DNA of 64,000 nt, from the NCBI RefSeq assembly GCF_036971445.1, contig NC_091473.1:216256001-216320000 (forward strand), in the 5' to 3' direction. The notes beneath the pieces were generated by a model, which searched no databases, was not told the origin of the DNA, and worked only from the letters and a program-made list of their open reading frames with translations. This document shows, piece after piece, positions 13,590 to 25,500 of the stretch. Origin of the DNA: Narcine bancroftii. Taxonomy: Eukaryota. Position 1 is the first letter of the stretch. Every line of letters begins with the position of its first letter. Both the position numbers and the translations under genes were made by a program.

Positions 13590-14395
13590 TGAGATGAGGA
13601 GGAACTGCTTTTCCCAGAGGGTGGAGAATCTGTGGAATTCACTGCCCATTAAATCAGTGAAAGCTATCTCAGTAAATATATTTAAGATAAAGTTGCATAG
13701 ATTTTTTTTTACATAGTTGGGAAATTAAGGGACATGGGGAAGAGGCAAGTGGGTGGAGATGAGCCTATCATCAGATCAGCCATGATCTCATTGAATGGCA
13801 TAGCGGGCTCGACGGGCCAGATGGCCGACTCCTGCTCCCATTTCTTATGATATTGAGGCATTATAAGGCATTGGTCAGACTGTACTTGAGGAGTATTGTG
13901 AGCAGTTTTGGGCTCCTTATTAAAAGGATGTGTTGGCATTGGAGAGTGTCCAGAAGAGGTTCTTGAGAACGATCCATGGAATGAAAGGATTACCACGAGG
14001 ATCATTTGATGGCTCTGTGACTGTACGAGGTTGAGAAGAACGAGGGGAGATCTCATTGAAACCTATCAAATAGTGAAAGGCCTGGATAGAGTGAACCTGA
14101 AGAGGATAGTGGGGGTGGGGAGAGTCTGGGACCAAAGGGCACAGCCTCAGAATAAGTCCCTTCAGAACAGAGATGAAGAGATGAGGAGGAATTTCTTTAC
14201 GGTGGGGGGGGGGGGGGTGGGAAAGTCACAGGATATATTTGAGACAGAGGTAGATAAGTTCTTGATTAGGAAGCAAATCAAGGTTATGGGGAGAAAGCAA
14301 GAGAATGGGGTTGAAAAGAGATAGCAAGTCACCCATGGAATGGCAGGCCAGGCTCAATAGGCTGAAGAGCCTAATTCCCTTCCCGTGGCTCTTGG
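13590..14395 (+). mobile_element. CR1 3' fragments
   Basis: RGDLIETYQIVKGLDRV and MRRNFF remnants plus CR1 3' UTR. Confidence 0.75.
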
Positions 14396-16311
14396 GTCTT
14401 GGCTGAGAATCTTGGTGGATTGATCAATGCTTGTTGGCCACGTGGAAATTGGTGGAGTCTTAGCTTGATCGAGGTAAACAAGGAAGCCTGCAAATGCTGG
14501 GGTCTGATGCAGTTCAGAAAAGCAATGAATGTGCAGCGAGACCTTTGGGCTACAGTTCCCAGAAGGAGGTGGCAGAGATGGAGAGGGCAGCAGATATTGG
14601 ACATATTTGTGTCCGTAGACTGAAGTACTGGGGTATTATGTGGCAGTTGTACAAACGTCGGTGAGAGAATGAACTTCTTTCTGACTTGAAGAAAACCTGC
14701 AGGCGCTGGGGTTGAGTGCAGCACATAGAAGTGCTGGAGAAACTCAGCAGGTCACATTGCCATCCATGAGAAATAAAACACGGTCAACATTTCAGGTAGG
14801 ATCCCTTCATCGTGAATCTGGAAAAAAACCTGGTGGGGAAGGGGGAGGAGCACAGGCCAACAGGTTAGAGGAGGCTGCAGGTGGGAGACAGGGGAGAGGG
14901 CAGAGGGCAAAGAAGGTTGCACTCAGATAGGATGGGGGGTGGGGAGCTGGAGGAAAGATAGGAAAGCATTGCCTGGTTCCCCTTACAGACAGAGGAAGAG
15001 AGTCCCCCTCAGAGTCAATGAGCATCTGTGGAATCACCTCCAGCATTCCCAAGGCCTCTGCAGAGGCACAAGACTCCAGTTCAGTTCAAACCATCGGCTA
15101 CCTGATCCCAGATCCAAAACTCCGATACAACAAGGAAGCTTTCGATGCCAAGGACTCTTTAGGAGACCCTTCAACAATGTCTCGAATCCTGTTTTCAATT
15201 CTCAGGAGCCAGTCTCCGGCAGCCTACAGTGGTTCTTTTGACCTCAAGTCACCAGCAGCCTTTGTGGGTTCCTCTCCTGCAAGTTGCTGACAGCTCGCCG
15301 CTTGTCTGCGCGCCCTTCAGCCGCAGTGTTCCCCACTTGTCAGAGTCGTCTCCTCTGCTTCTCCTGCTCGAAGGAGATTGTCCTTCCCCATTACTGGTGC
15401 CCTGTGCCAGTCTGCTGCTCCCCTATAGTCTGCAATCTCTCATGGCAACTGCTGAACACAGGTGCTGTCATCTTGGGCCCAGACACAGCAGTTGCGCAGG
15501 ATGCAGGCTCCTTTAACAGGCCACTTCAAGCCTGTATGTCAGCAGTTGGACTGGGCGTTAGAACCCTTCAGGGGAGCGCTCTATCTCCACTCCCTGGTCT
15601 CCACCAGCTGCAGTCACAGCAGCTCGACCATTAAATACAGATTGAGAGCCTGGTTTTTTCGAGCCAAAACAAAAACTGGCTCTCAATATCACCAAGACTA
15701 CGAAGGTTATTGTTGATTTTAGGAAGGAGAGGCCGAGGGTCCAATCACCTGTATGTTGGTGGGATAGAGGCGGACAGGGTCAGAACCTGAAAGCTCCTGG
15801 GACCCCATATTTCAGAAGACCTTGCCAGCTCAATGAGGCAACCTTGAAATTATGAGTATCAGAGGTTCAAATCTGGCACTCAGGTCGCCGATGGTTTGGA
15901 CTGGACTCTGTGTGACTGTGAGAGCGCTGGAGGCAAATCAATGGATGCTCAGTGACATGGGGCAGATGTTTCTCTTTTTCTGACTGTAAGAGACACTTCA
16001 GGAGAATGTGGTGAATCTGCATGTCTTATTATACAAACTTGTTATACAAAGATAAATTGAATCTTGAAAAAAAAAAGGAAATTCAGCATATCACCGATAT
16101 GCATTTCATGAACCTCTGTGGAAAGTATAATGGGTGCATCATAGCCTGGTTTGGACATTCAAGTGCCCAGGAATGCAAAGGCTACATCAGCGAAGTCCAT
16201 CACTGCAGAAACCCATGTGAGGCATTGCCTCGAAAGTAGCTGACATCATAAAGAACCCTCCCCCTCAATCACCTGGTCACAACCTCTTCTCACTACCATC
16301 TTCAGGCAGAA

Positions 16312-16408
16312 GGTGTCCCTAGGTGGTCTCCCCTCCAAGTACTGACCAGACCTGAACCTGCTTAGCTTCCGAGATCAGATAATCTCAGGCATATTCAGGC
16401 TATTAGGC
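16312..16408 (-). pseudogene. 5S rRNA pseudogene / 5S-derived SINE head
   Basis: Reverse complement reads CTGATCTCGGAAGCTAAGCAGGTTCAGGTCTGGTCAGTACTTGGAGGGGAGACCACCT, matching the 5S box A/box C region with substitutions. It sits inside an L2-like fragment. Confidence 0.85.
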
Positions 16409-17559
16409 TTTTGTCCAATAGCTATCAGACTCTTGAACCATCCCTTGGGACAATGATCCTAGATTGTCCGCACTACTGCAAGCTACTTTTCTTTGCACTA
16501 GGATTACCGTAAAAGATTTATATCAATCTTAAATATTTATTGTCTCTATTTAATTCAATTAGTTTATTATATTTTTCTTTACAAGTACAAATTTTGATGC
16601 AAATGTACATTGTGTAATGTGCAATTACACATTACCATCAACGAATCCTTCCTCGTGGCACAACTTGATCGGAATAGCCTGCTTCTCAAACCTAGGACCT
16701 TTTGAAAGCCACCTCTTCAGTCCTGCTCATCTGGTTTGTTCATACAGGTTCCCCACGATTACTATACCCTCTTATCACCACCAAATCCAGAATTATACGA
16801 TACCTAATGTTTCAGACCCACAGCCAATGGTTCCTACATTCACTGCTCATGGTTCCACCAAAACAGCAACCTTAGAAGATCATAAGAGGGCTAGGAACAG
16901 GAGAAGGGAGCGAGGGGCTGGGGATGGCAGGGTGGGAAAGTAACCTGAGGACACAACAGAATTCTGTTGACACCATGGTTAAGTGAAAAAAAAACCACAT
17001 AAATGTTGGAGAACCTCAACAGGTCAAACAGTGCCTTTATGTATTTGTACTTTTTCCCCATTCCATCTGATGGTTGATCTATCCTAGGCCTCCCCTCCTC
17101 TTCTGTGACAGCTCTCCACAACTCAATTCCTTGATATCTCTCTAAAAATATTGTGAACTGCCCTCGACAACCCTTTTTGGAGAATTCCAGAGATTCTATG
17201 CATTTGTGTTTTATAATGCTGTCATCCCTCCCACTTTGTAATTATGACCCCTCAATCAAGAGTTTGACTGTTAAAAGTTTTAAAATATTTAAGTACTGCT
17301 GAGGAACATGTTTGCCCCCAGTACCAAGACCTTACATCTTGCACTCTATCCTTTCATACAGCACCACCAAATTCCTTCTGGAAATCCAAATTCACTGCAT
17401 CCACACTTCTTAGAAACCTAGAAAATACATGCACAAGGCCATTCAGCCCCTCTAGCCTACTCCACCGTTCAACAAAATCATGTGACACCAATCCTCTATT
17501 CCTGCTTTCTCTCCATGGTTATCCCTTGAACCCTTTCACTATGTGTGTCACCAGGAAGA

Positions 17560-18150
17560 GAAAACCAGGTAAAGCATCACACAAGATTCTGGGTGTCACC
17601 CTTGACGAAACCAAACAGACCAAACACCTTGGCTTCAAAATCCAGAACAACATGAGTTGGAATGATCAGATGTATCAATAGCAACAGGAGTCCTACATTT
17701 TGAGATGCCACTTCCATCATAGTTCTACTTTGGTCAAGGAGAAGTTGTTCCTCACCCTCATCAGACCGTATTTGGAATATGCAGTGGCTGTATGGGACCC
17801 TGACACAAAAAACACTACTACCATCGAACTAGTCCAGAGACAGGAATTCTGATTTGTCACAACTACATATGGAAGAGAAGCGAGTGTTACAAAGCTCTTG
17901 AATTCATTAAAGTGGAGCTCTCTCCAAGACAGATGAGAAGCACACAAAATGCTAAACTGCCAGCTCAATATAGACCTCCAATTCTACACCAAACCCAAGC
18001 CTGCTAGGAGCAGACGAGGGCACGCAACCCAATTTGTAGTGCCATCTTCCAGCAATTCATTCTTCCCCCACACAATTAAAGCATGGAATAATCTTCACCC
18101 TACCATACTCACACAACCAGACCCAATTACATTTAAGTCAAGCTCTTCAA
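17560..18150 (+). mobile_element. CR1/L2-group LINE 3' fragment of a distinct family
   Basis: IRPYLEYAVAVWDP...IELVQR...SVTKLLNSLKWSSLQDR...SFFPHTIKAWNNL. Confidence 0.7.
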
Positions 18151-18677
18151 ACATCTCCTCCTTAAGCAGACTCTCCCCCAATTCCATATGGAATATTTTG
18201 GAGGATCAAGAACCACAAGGCCACATCCAATCCCCTTTTGAAATACATCCAACAAACTAGCCTTAACAAATGTGTCAGAGAGTTTTGTGAAGCTCACACA
18301 GTAATCCCTTTTCTGGACTTCAACATCAGGAACATTGTTCCCACATTTAACCTGTCTACCTCTGTCTCTATGAGATTTCAAACCCCCAGAGTTATTCCAA
18401 TTACCTAATCTATTCAATCTTTACTCATTTGTCAGTCCTGCCATCCCAGAAACAGTCTGGTGAACCTTCACTGCACACACTCAATAGCAAAATTAGATTA
18501 GGGGACCAATCAAGATATGGACTCACCATTAAAGATCCTGTACAACTGCTAATAACACCAACTGCCCACAGACTCAACCCAGCCAAGCATACATGATCCA
18601 GTACCCTTCCCAAGGGTGACAGGCCAGGCAGAGTGATCCAACCTCACATTCTTTCCTCCCAGAGCCAACAACCCTAC

Positions 18678-18784
18678 CGTTCCATGGAGGGGGCTTCCAC
18701 TTGGCTGTGATTTCTGTGGGGTACATGACTGCCCCAGAGTACTGTTCCATCCAGGCTGGGTCCGGCTGCCACTGCTTGGCTCCC
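18678..18784 (-). CDS. NDUFS2: NDUFS2 coding exon 2 (107 bp)
   Basis: ctcag|G GGA GCC AAG... reads (R)[35 protein letters not shown] then G|GTAGGG. This matches human [35 protein letters not shown] (recalled). Exon 3 (NFGPQHPAAHGVLRL) was not found in 1-18677. Confidence 0.95.
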
Positions 18785-18934
18785 CTGAGTGCCAGAGAGT
18801 GAGAGATAAGATCCAGCAGATCACACCCAGTTGGGAACCCTCAGTGCAGACCTCACAATCCCTGCCACCCTCTCCAGCAGTTGCATGCCTCCCTAACTTT
18901 TTAAACTTTCCAACACTGACACTCCTCCCTATTT

Positions 18935-19600
18935 ATGTGACCCTCCAGACCTCTACACCCCCGAACTCTGTAACCCTGCCCAGCACTGACATTCCTCCCT
19001 ATCCATGTGACCCTCTCCAGACCCCTACACCCTTCCCTATCCATGTGACCCCCTCCAGCACCTCTCCCCATCTCTGTAACCCTCTCCAAAAGTCACACCC
19101 CTCCCCATCCCTGTAACCCCCTCCAGGCCTCTACACTCCACCCATCCCTGTAACCCCCTTCCAGACCTCGACCGTCCCCCATTCCCTGTAACCCCCTCCA
19201 GACCTCTACACCCCTCTCATCCCTGTAACCCCCTCCAGATCTCTACACTCCTCCCCATCCCTGTAACCCCCTCCAGGCCTCTAAAACTCCACCCATCCCT
19301 GTAACCCCCCTCCAGACCTCTACACCCCTCCTCATCCCTGTAACCCCCTCCAGACCTCTACACTCCTCCCTATCCCTGTAACCCCCTCCAGACCTCTACA
19401 CTCCTCCCTATCCCTGTAACCCCCTCCAGACCTCTACACTCCTCCAGATCTCTACACTCCTCCCCATCCCTGTTACCCCACCCCACTCCAGACCTCTACA
19501 ACCCCCAACTCTGTAACCCTGCCCAGCAATGACATTCCTCCCTATCCGTGTGACCTTCTCCAGACCCCTACTCCCCTCCCTATCCATGTGACCCCCCTCC
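18935..19600. repeat. ~36-bp pyrimidine-rich minisatellite in NDUFS2 intron 1
   Basis: Tandem CAGACCTCTACACTCCTCCCCATCCCTGTAACCCCCTC variants. Confidence 0.9.
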
Positions 19601-19746
19601 ATCACCAGCACTCCTTCCTAACACTGACCTCCGACAACCCGCTCCATCCTTGTGACCCCTGCCAATTCCATCCTTGATACTTCACTCTTTATTCTGACCC
19701 CAAACGTCCTCAGTCCATTGACTAAACATCCTGAACTGGAACAGAC

Positions 19747-19826
19747 CTGTTGGGAACCACGGGCGGGAGGAAAGCCCGCGGGACCCGATGTCCGCGAAGC
19801 AAGAACCGCGCCGCCACTACCGCCAT
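19747..19826 (-). CDS. NDUFS2: NADH:ubiquinone oxidoreductase core subunit S2, coding exon 1 (mitochondrial transit peptide)
   Basis: ATG at 19826 in a CpG-rich segment reads MAVVAARFLLRGHRVPRAFLPPVVPN(R), Arg-rich and acid-free. It ends AACAG|GTCTGT in phase 2 and joins exon 2 in frame. Confidence 0.85.
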
Positions 19827-19839
19827 CGCTCCTCGACCT

Positions 19840-20050
19840 TCACTGGTTGGCGGAAGTCGCTGTGACGTCACGTCCTCATATGGCGCTTTCTGCGGGGCAA
19901 AAGAATGAGCCAGTGTCGGCCGCCATCTTGCTAAGGGGCACAGGCCACTCGCCATCATCCTAGGTGCACCCATGTAGATTGCCTAGTCGCCATCTTGTTA
20001 AGGGGCAATCCATAGGCTTCGGAGACCTGAGTGATCACCACCATCTTTGT
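19840..20050 (-). promoter_or_regulatory. NDUFS2 proximal promoter (CpG-rich; ETS/GABP, CRE, YY1 motifs)
   Basis: GCGGAAGT at 19850-19857; palindromic GTGACGTCAC at 19862-19871; CGCCATCTTG (YY1 core) at 19921 and 19988. Confidence 0.7.
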
Positions 20051-20939
20051 GTGGGGAAGACAAAACCTGATGAAGTTTCGCCTCGAAATTCGTTGCTTCC
20101 AAGAATGCTGCCTCGCTCGCTGAGTTCATCGCGCAGACCGTGTTTGGATTGTGCTCACCAAAATAACATTAAATTGGCGTAAACAGTGCGAGGGTCAGCG
20201 GTTTACGCAACATCAGTGGGGAGAAATGGACAGTTAAGTTTCAGTGTCAGGTCTCAAAATCATCATCCTCAGAATTTATAGTTAGGTACATATCTCGAAA
20301 TTCATTGTTTGCAGACATTTATAAAACTACCTTATATAATTTAAAAAGTCAAAGTAAGGCAGTGTCTGTGGTTCAATGTACATTAAGGAACCTGATGGCA
20401 GCAGGGAAGAAACTGTCCTTATATCGCTGTGTGAGGGCATGGCCTGGGTGGTGGCAGTCTTCGAGATAGAGACTGCTTTTTAAAGACACTGCCTCTTGTG
20501 AATGTCCTCGATGAAGTGAAGTCTGGTGCTCGTGATATCACAGGCCAAGTTAACAACCCTTTTGGAGTTTTTTTCTTGTCCTGAGCTTTGAAGTCTCCAT
20601 ATAAGACAGTGATGTAACTCCCTGGTAGACCTGGAAAATTTGCGAGTCTTTGGTGACATACCAAATAACAAGGACTGGGGAGGATCCAAGCGATTCTATC
20701 GAGGAAACACTTGTCTGTGTTCGAGTAAATTAAAAAAATCTTTTGATTTCTGACTCTTAAAACTGTTCGTGTTATATTGAAGCAAGTCTCGCTTCGGAAT
20801 CTCATGAACTATTACATTTTTTTTAACACACCAGGTCACGCATTGTCGGGGGCAGCCCAACTTGCTTCGTTTCTCATGCATTTTTGTAGTCCTGCTCGGT
20901 AAAGAAAATCCCTCGGCTGCTCATAAATGGTTAACTTTC

Positions 20940-21330
20940 TAACTTCAACTATAATTCCCAAAAGGTAATGATTAGAAAACTCCGATTTGGACGCGTTCAG
21001 GTGCATTTTTATTGGGATTAATCATTTATTCTTCCGCCGTTGTCATTGGCTGATGTGACTGGCCACAGTCATAGGCTACACCTCCATCGCCCAATTAGAA
21101 GCCGAGCTGGCTTCAACGTCAGTTCCCCTCTCCGCACCCAGCCCCCGTGGTCCCAGTGCCCGCTGGGAGTCATAGTCCCATTCCTGCAGGCACCACAAAT
21201 ACTGACGCGGGCGGCTCCGCTCCTCAAAACTGCAATTCCCGACAAGCTTTGCGGTTTCACCCACTTACAGCCGAGGAAGATGGCGGCATTGAACAAGCGG
21301 AGGCGGCGACGGCAGCAGCCACGGCGCTGA
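20940..21330 (+). promoter_or_regulatory. DEDD promoter / putative non-coding first exon start (CpG-rich; ZNF143/THAP11-type, CCAAT, YY1)
   Basis: ACTATAATTCCCA at 20948-20960, TGGGAGTCATAGT at 21164-21176 and ACTGCAATTCCCG at 21229-21241 (ACTAYRnnnCCCR-like). ATTGG/CCAAT near 21045 and 21090. AAGATGGCGGC near 21277-21287. About 1 kb upstream of the DEDD ATG. Confidence 0.65.
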
Positions 21331-22336
21331 AAGCGAAGTGGACGTATCTCGCACTAACCAGGGAGGCGCTTTGCTAAAAGGAAAAAATAGATAGAAGGAG
21401 CCGAAGGACTTTCGGTGAAGCTCCACCTCTCCCAAAGACTCCGCTCCATTTGTTAGAGCAGCCAAAATGGCTGGCCATTGAGTTGAAGCCCCTTCCCCAC
21501 AGCCTGGGTTTGGTTGTTGACCTCTCCTCGCTCCCCAACACTTCCCCAAGACCCCACTTTGGGTTGGTTGCCTGGCCTCGCCTCGAGTTGCATAAAAAAG
21601 ACCGGGTAACTGTGTTGGTTGTCCCATCCACCCCAAACCTCCATTCCTTTCTCCTCAATTGTAGAACGAGGTTTGATTGTTGGTACGTGGGCTGTTTTTG
21701 CCTCTTTCCATCAGTTGCTTTGCCTTCTCAGCTCAGAACTCTAGTGCATGGTGACCTTGCTTGCAGAAGACCTCACTTTGGACTGGTTGTCTGCTTTAAC
21801 CCTAAAGCCACTGCCATTAGAATGAGCTTTTGTAACTGATCAACTATCCTGTTTATTGGATTTTCTCAGTTGAAATAAAGCTCAAATCATTCTAAGGGAA
21901 ACCTTCGCTTTAATAACTCAGAAAGTTGAGCAGACCCCAATTTTAATTCTGAGGACAATCTAACTTCTTCCTACCCCCACCCCCACTTCCATAATTTGAA
22001 GCTAATTTTGTGTGGCTGAAATCTCAACCCCACTCCATCTTCAAATTTCATCCTGTTGCCTGGATAGCCCCTCTGAAATCTCTGTGTGGGCTATTCGGGG
22101 AGTTGGGTCATTCATCTTGCCTGAAAAGGCAGAGTGGGTGGGACGATAGTGTGATGAGACGCCGGAGAATCTGACTCTCCCTGTCTCACAACCCCTCCTG
22201 AAACATCAAGACCACCTCTTTAAGGGGTGGGGGGGGGGGAGAGAGGGGGCAGAGACAATTTCTGTGCACGGGCAGATAGGATTGTTTCACTCTGGAGCCC
22301 ACTGCTCCACCAATTTCCGCCCCTCCCTCCCTCACC

Positions 22337-22661
22337 ATGGCAGCCGATGGGAGACGGAGTGGCCAACAGTGGCCAGAGGAACAGTTGAGCCAGCAGCATG
22401 GGCTGCACTCACTGCATCGTATGTTTCAGATTGTGGGAGCCCAGCTCACCCACAGGGATGTCAGGGTGCTCTCCTTCCTATTCGTGGACGTCATTGCTGA
22501 CTACGAGCGGGGCTTGATCCGCAGTGGACGCGACTTCTTCCTGGCACTGGAGCGACAGGGCCGCTGCGATGAGACCAACTTCCAGCACGTGCTGCAGCTC
22601 CTGCGCATCATCACTCGTCACGATTTGCTGCCCTACGTCACACTCAAGAGGCGCAAGACTG
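22337..22661 (+). CDS. DEDD: Death effector domain-containing protein, coding exon 1 (DED)
   Basis: ACCATGG Kozak; MAADGRRSGQQWPEE...HGLHSLHRMFQIVGAQLTHRDVRVLSFLFVDVI...GRCDETNFQHVLQLLRIITRHDLLPYVTLKRRKT; donor G|GTGAGT; 325 bp, phase 1. Confidence 0.97.
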
Positions 22662-22674
22662 GTGAGTAGGCATG

Positions 22675-22935
22675 GCTGATGAGGGAGTACCTCACTGTGG
22701 GGGTGAGGCTGATGAGGGAGCCCCACACAGTGCTAAGGGAGCGACCCTATGGGGTGGTGGTGAGGGTGCACCTCATTGTGTGAGTTGGGGTGGTGAGGGT
22801 GCGCCTCACTGTGGGAGATGGGGCCGTGAGGGTGCGCCCCACCGTGGGAGATGGGGCCGTGAAGGTACACCTCACCATGGGAGATGGGGGTCGTGAGGGT
22901 GTACCTCACCATGGGAGATGGGGTGGTGAGGGAGC
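22675..22935. repeat. ~30-bp G-rich minisatellite just after a DEDD donor
   Basis: GTGAGGGT(G/A)C(A/G)CCTCAC(T/C)(G/A)TGGGAGATGGGG units. Confidence 0.8.
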
Positions 22936-23757
22936 ATCTTGCTGTGGATTCCAAAAGGGTACGGGAGGCAGGGTCCCAGGGAGTTTCTGAAGGGGACGGG
23001 AGACAGGGTCCCGGGGAGTTTCTGAAGGGAATGAGAGACCGGGTCCTGGGGAGTTTCCGATGGGAACGGGAGACAGGGTCTTGAGTTTTTAAAGGGAGCA
23101 GGAGACGGTCCCAGAGAGTTTCTAAAGTCAGTGGTAGTTAGGGACTGGGGAGTTGAGAAAGGCATTGGCAGACATGAAATGTCTACAAATCTAGAATGTT
23201 TTTACCTTGTGATTGAATTTATCAACAGTTAAAGTCCTATCTCTGCATTTGTTGTGGTTTTTGGATTGTGCAGCTTTGCTCGCAATGAACATCTCCCACG
23301 TGGAAGGTCTGGGGAGATTCCTGTCTTTGGTACAGTTGGATCTGGAGTGGAAGCTCATGCTGGGTTTCGGCACTTGAGCCAGTGGTTTCCGTGGCAGTGA
23401 ATGGAGGAGGTCACCGTTCCCAGCCAGTGACAAGGCAGTTGAACGAGTGCTGGAGGGCAAAGCAAAGCCAAAACTCCAGCCAGACCAGGGGAGGATCAGT
23501 ACAGATGGGTGGGTGATGGCTGGCACAGACGATAGGCTGAATGGTCTGTTGCCAGGCCGCATCTCTCTGTCTCAGTGAGAGGCGAGATTTCTTTAGATGG
23601 TGTTAAAACTTTGGGAAGAGGATGAGGCAATGTGAGTCAAGGGTCCTAAATGTTCCCCAGTAATAGGTGAGGAGGGAGCAACAGGGAGAGGAATGGAGGA
23701 AATCTACAAGAAAGAAAGGTCAGGAATGGCTCATCTGCATGCCCCTTCCCTTCTCAG

Positions 23758-23859
23758 TGTCGCCAGATCCCGTGGACAAATACCTGGAGCAGAATTCTGT
23801 TACCTACGTCATGCCGCGGAGCTTGGCTGCTGAAGGAGGAGCAGAGCCAAACAAACCAG
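23758..23859 (+). CDS. DEDD: DEDD coding exon 2
   Basis: ccttcccttctcag|TG...; (V)SPDPVDKYLEQNSVTYVMPRSLAAEGGAEPNKP; donor G|GTGGGG. Resembles human VCPDLVDKYLEETSIRYVTPR. Confidence 0.93.
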
Positions 23860-23999
23860 GTGGGGAGATAAATGGTATTTCCAAACCCCCCCACACACAC
23901 TCCCTGGGCAAATCAGACCTGGGGGAAGCACCCTCTACACCATCCCATCATGCGCACTCCTGGTGCAAGGGGAAGCTCTCTCCACAAGCACTCACCCAG

Positions 24000-25500
24000 T
24001 GCGTTTGCAATTATGACATTGTGGCTATTAGGCAGTTGTAGGACTGACAGTGCAATGTTCTCAGGTTGCATTAGTTTAGATGCGACGAAGGGAGAAGGAA
24101 GGAAAGGAAAGCGATGGCATTGCTAGTCAAGGAAAATGTACAGCAGTGCTCAGGCAGGACAGACTAGAAAGCTTGGCTACACGGATGGAGCTGAGCAATA
24201 CTCAGGATGACCACATTAATGATAATGTCATCAGTGAGAATTGGAGGCACAAACCTGCAGAGAGATGGACGGCTGCAGGACATAAAGTTGTGATAGTAGG
24301 TGAACTTGTCCAAGTGTTGACTGGGACACACATACTACAAAAGGGCTGAATTTGTCAAATGTGTTGAGGAACGTTTTCTGAATTGACTATGTAGAAGACC
24401 CAATTGGGTCTTCTACATACTGAATGTCCTATTGGGAAACAGGACGGGTGGCGGAAGTGTGTGTAGGGGAACACTTCACGCCCAGTGATCATAATGCTTT
24501 TAGTTTCAAGAAAATTATGGATGATACTGGGTCTGGTCTTCGGGTTGAGATTCTTAATTGGAGCAAGGCCAATGTCAAGGGATTGAAAAGGGATCTGCTA
24601 AGTGTCGATTGGAGTAGTTTGTTTCCTGGCAAGGGCATGCTTGGTATGTGGGAGCATCAAGTTTGTATGTTTCTGTCAGAATTAAAGGCCAAATTACCAG
24701 GCATAGGGAACCTTGGTTTTTTTTGATGGATAGTGAGAGAGGCATATGGCAGATACAGACAACAAGGAGTAATAGAGGTACCTGAGGAATGTAAAAAAGG
24801 CAAGAAAAGAATGAGAGGAAATTAGGAGGGTTAAAAGAAGATGGGGTTGCTTTGATAGACAATGTGAAGGATATCTACAGATATAACAAGCAAAAGGATA
24901 GCAAGGGTCAAAATTGGTCGCCTTGAAGATTAGCGTGATCGACTGTATATGGAGTCAAATGAGCTCGGGGAGATCTTAATTTTTATTTTGAAAATGCATT
25001 TACTCAGGAGACAGATGCAAAGTCAATAAAAGTGGGGCAAACAAGCAAGGGGGGGGGTCCATGGAACTGTACAGATTAACAAGGGACAGCTTGCTGAATG
25101 AGGTCGATAAGAGTGGATAAATCCCCAGGGCCTGACAAGCTTTTTCCTCAGGCCTTGGGGGAAGCTAGTGCAAAAATTGCAAGGTCCCTGCTGGAGATAT
25201 TTAACATGTTCTTAGCCAAGGGTGAGATGCCGAGGGAATTGGAGAATAGCTCACGTTGTTCCATTGTTTAAATAAGGTTCGGAATAATCAAGAAAATTAT
25301 AGGTTGAAAGGCCAGCTTCAGTCATGATTAAGTTATTAGGTGTTCAAAGAGATTGGGTATGTAAGCATTTGGGTAGGCAGTGACAAATTAAATCAGTCAA
25401 CCTGGCTTTCTATGTGGGTGATCGTATTTTGGACGAGGTTACCAGGAAAGTTGATGAAGGAAAGGCTGTGGGGGGTTGTCTACATGGACTTCAGTAAGGC
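24000..25500 (+). mobile_element. Degenerate CR1 ORF2
   Basis: YDIVAI, GEHF..SDHN, LNWSKAN, DKSPGPD and MDFSKA remnants. Confidence 0.75.

Noticed and set aside
16312-16408. Functional 5S rRNA gene
   Set aside because: Single copy, many substitutions, missing termini and terminator, embedded in another repeat.
18935-19600. Regular ~36-bp repeats resembling a CRISPR array
   Set aside because: Head-to-tail units with no unique spacers, in a eukaryotic intron, with no cas genes.
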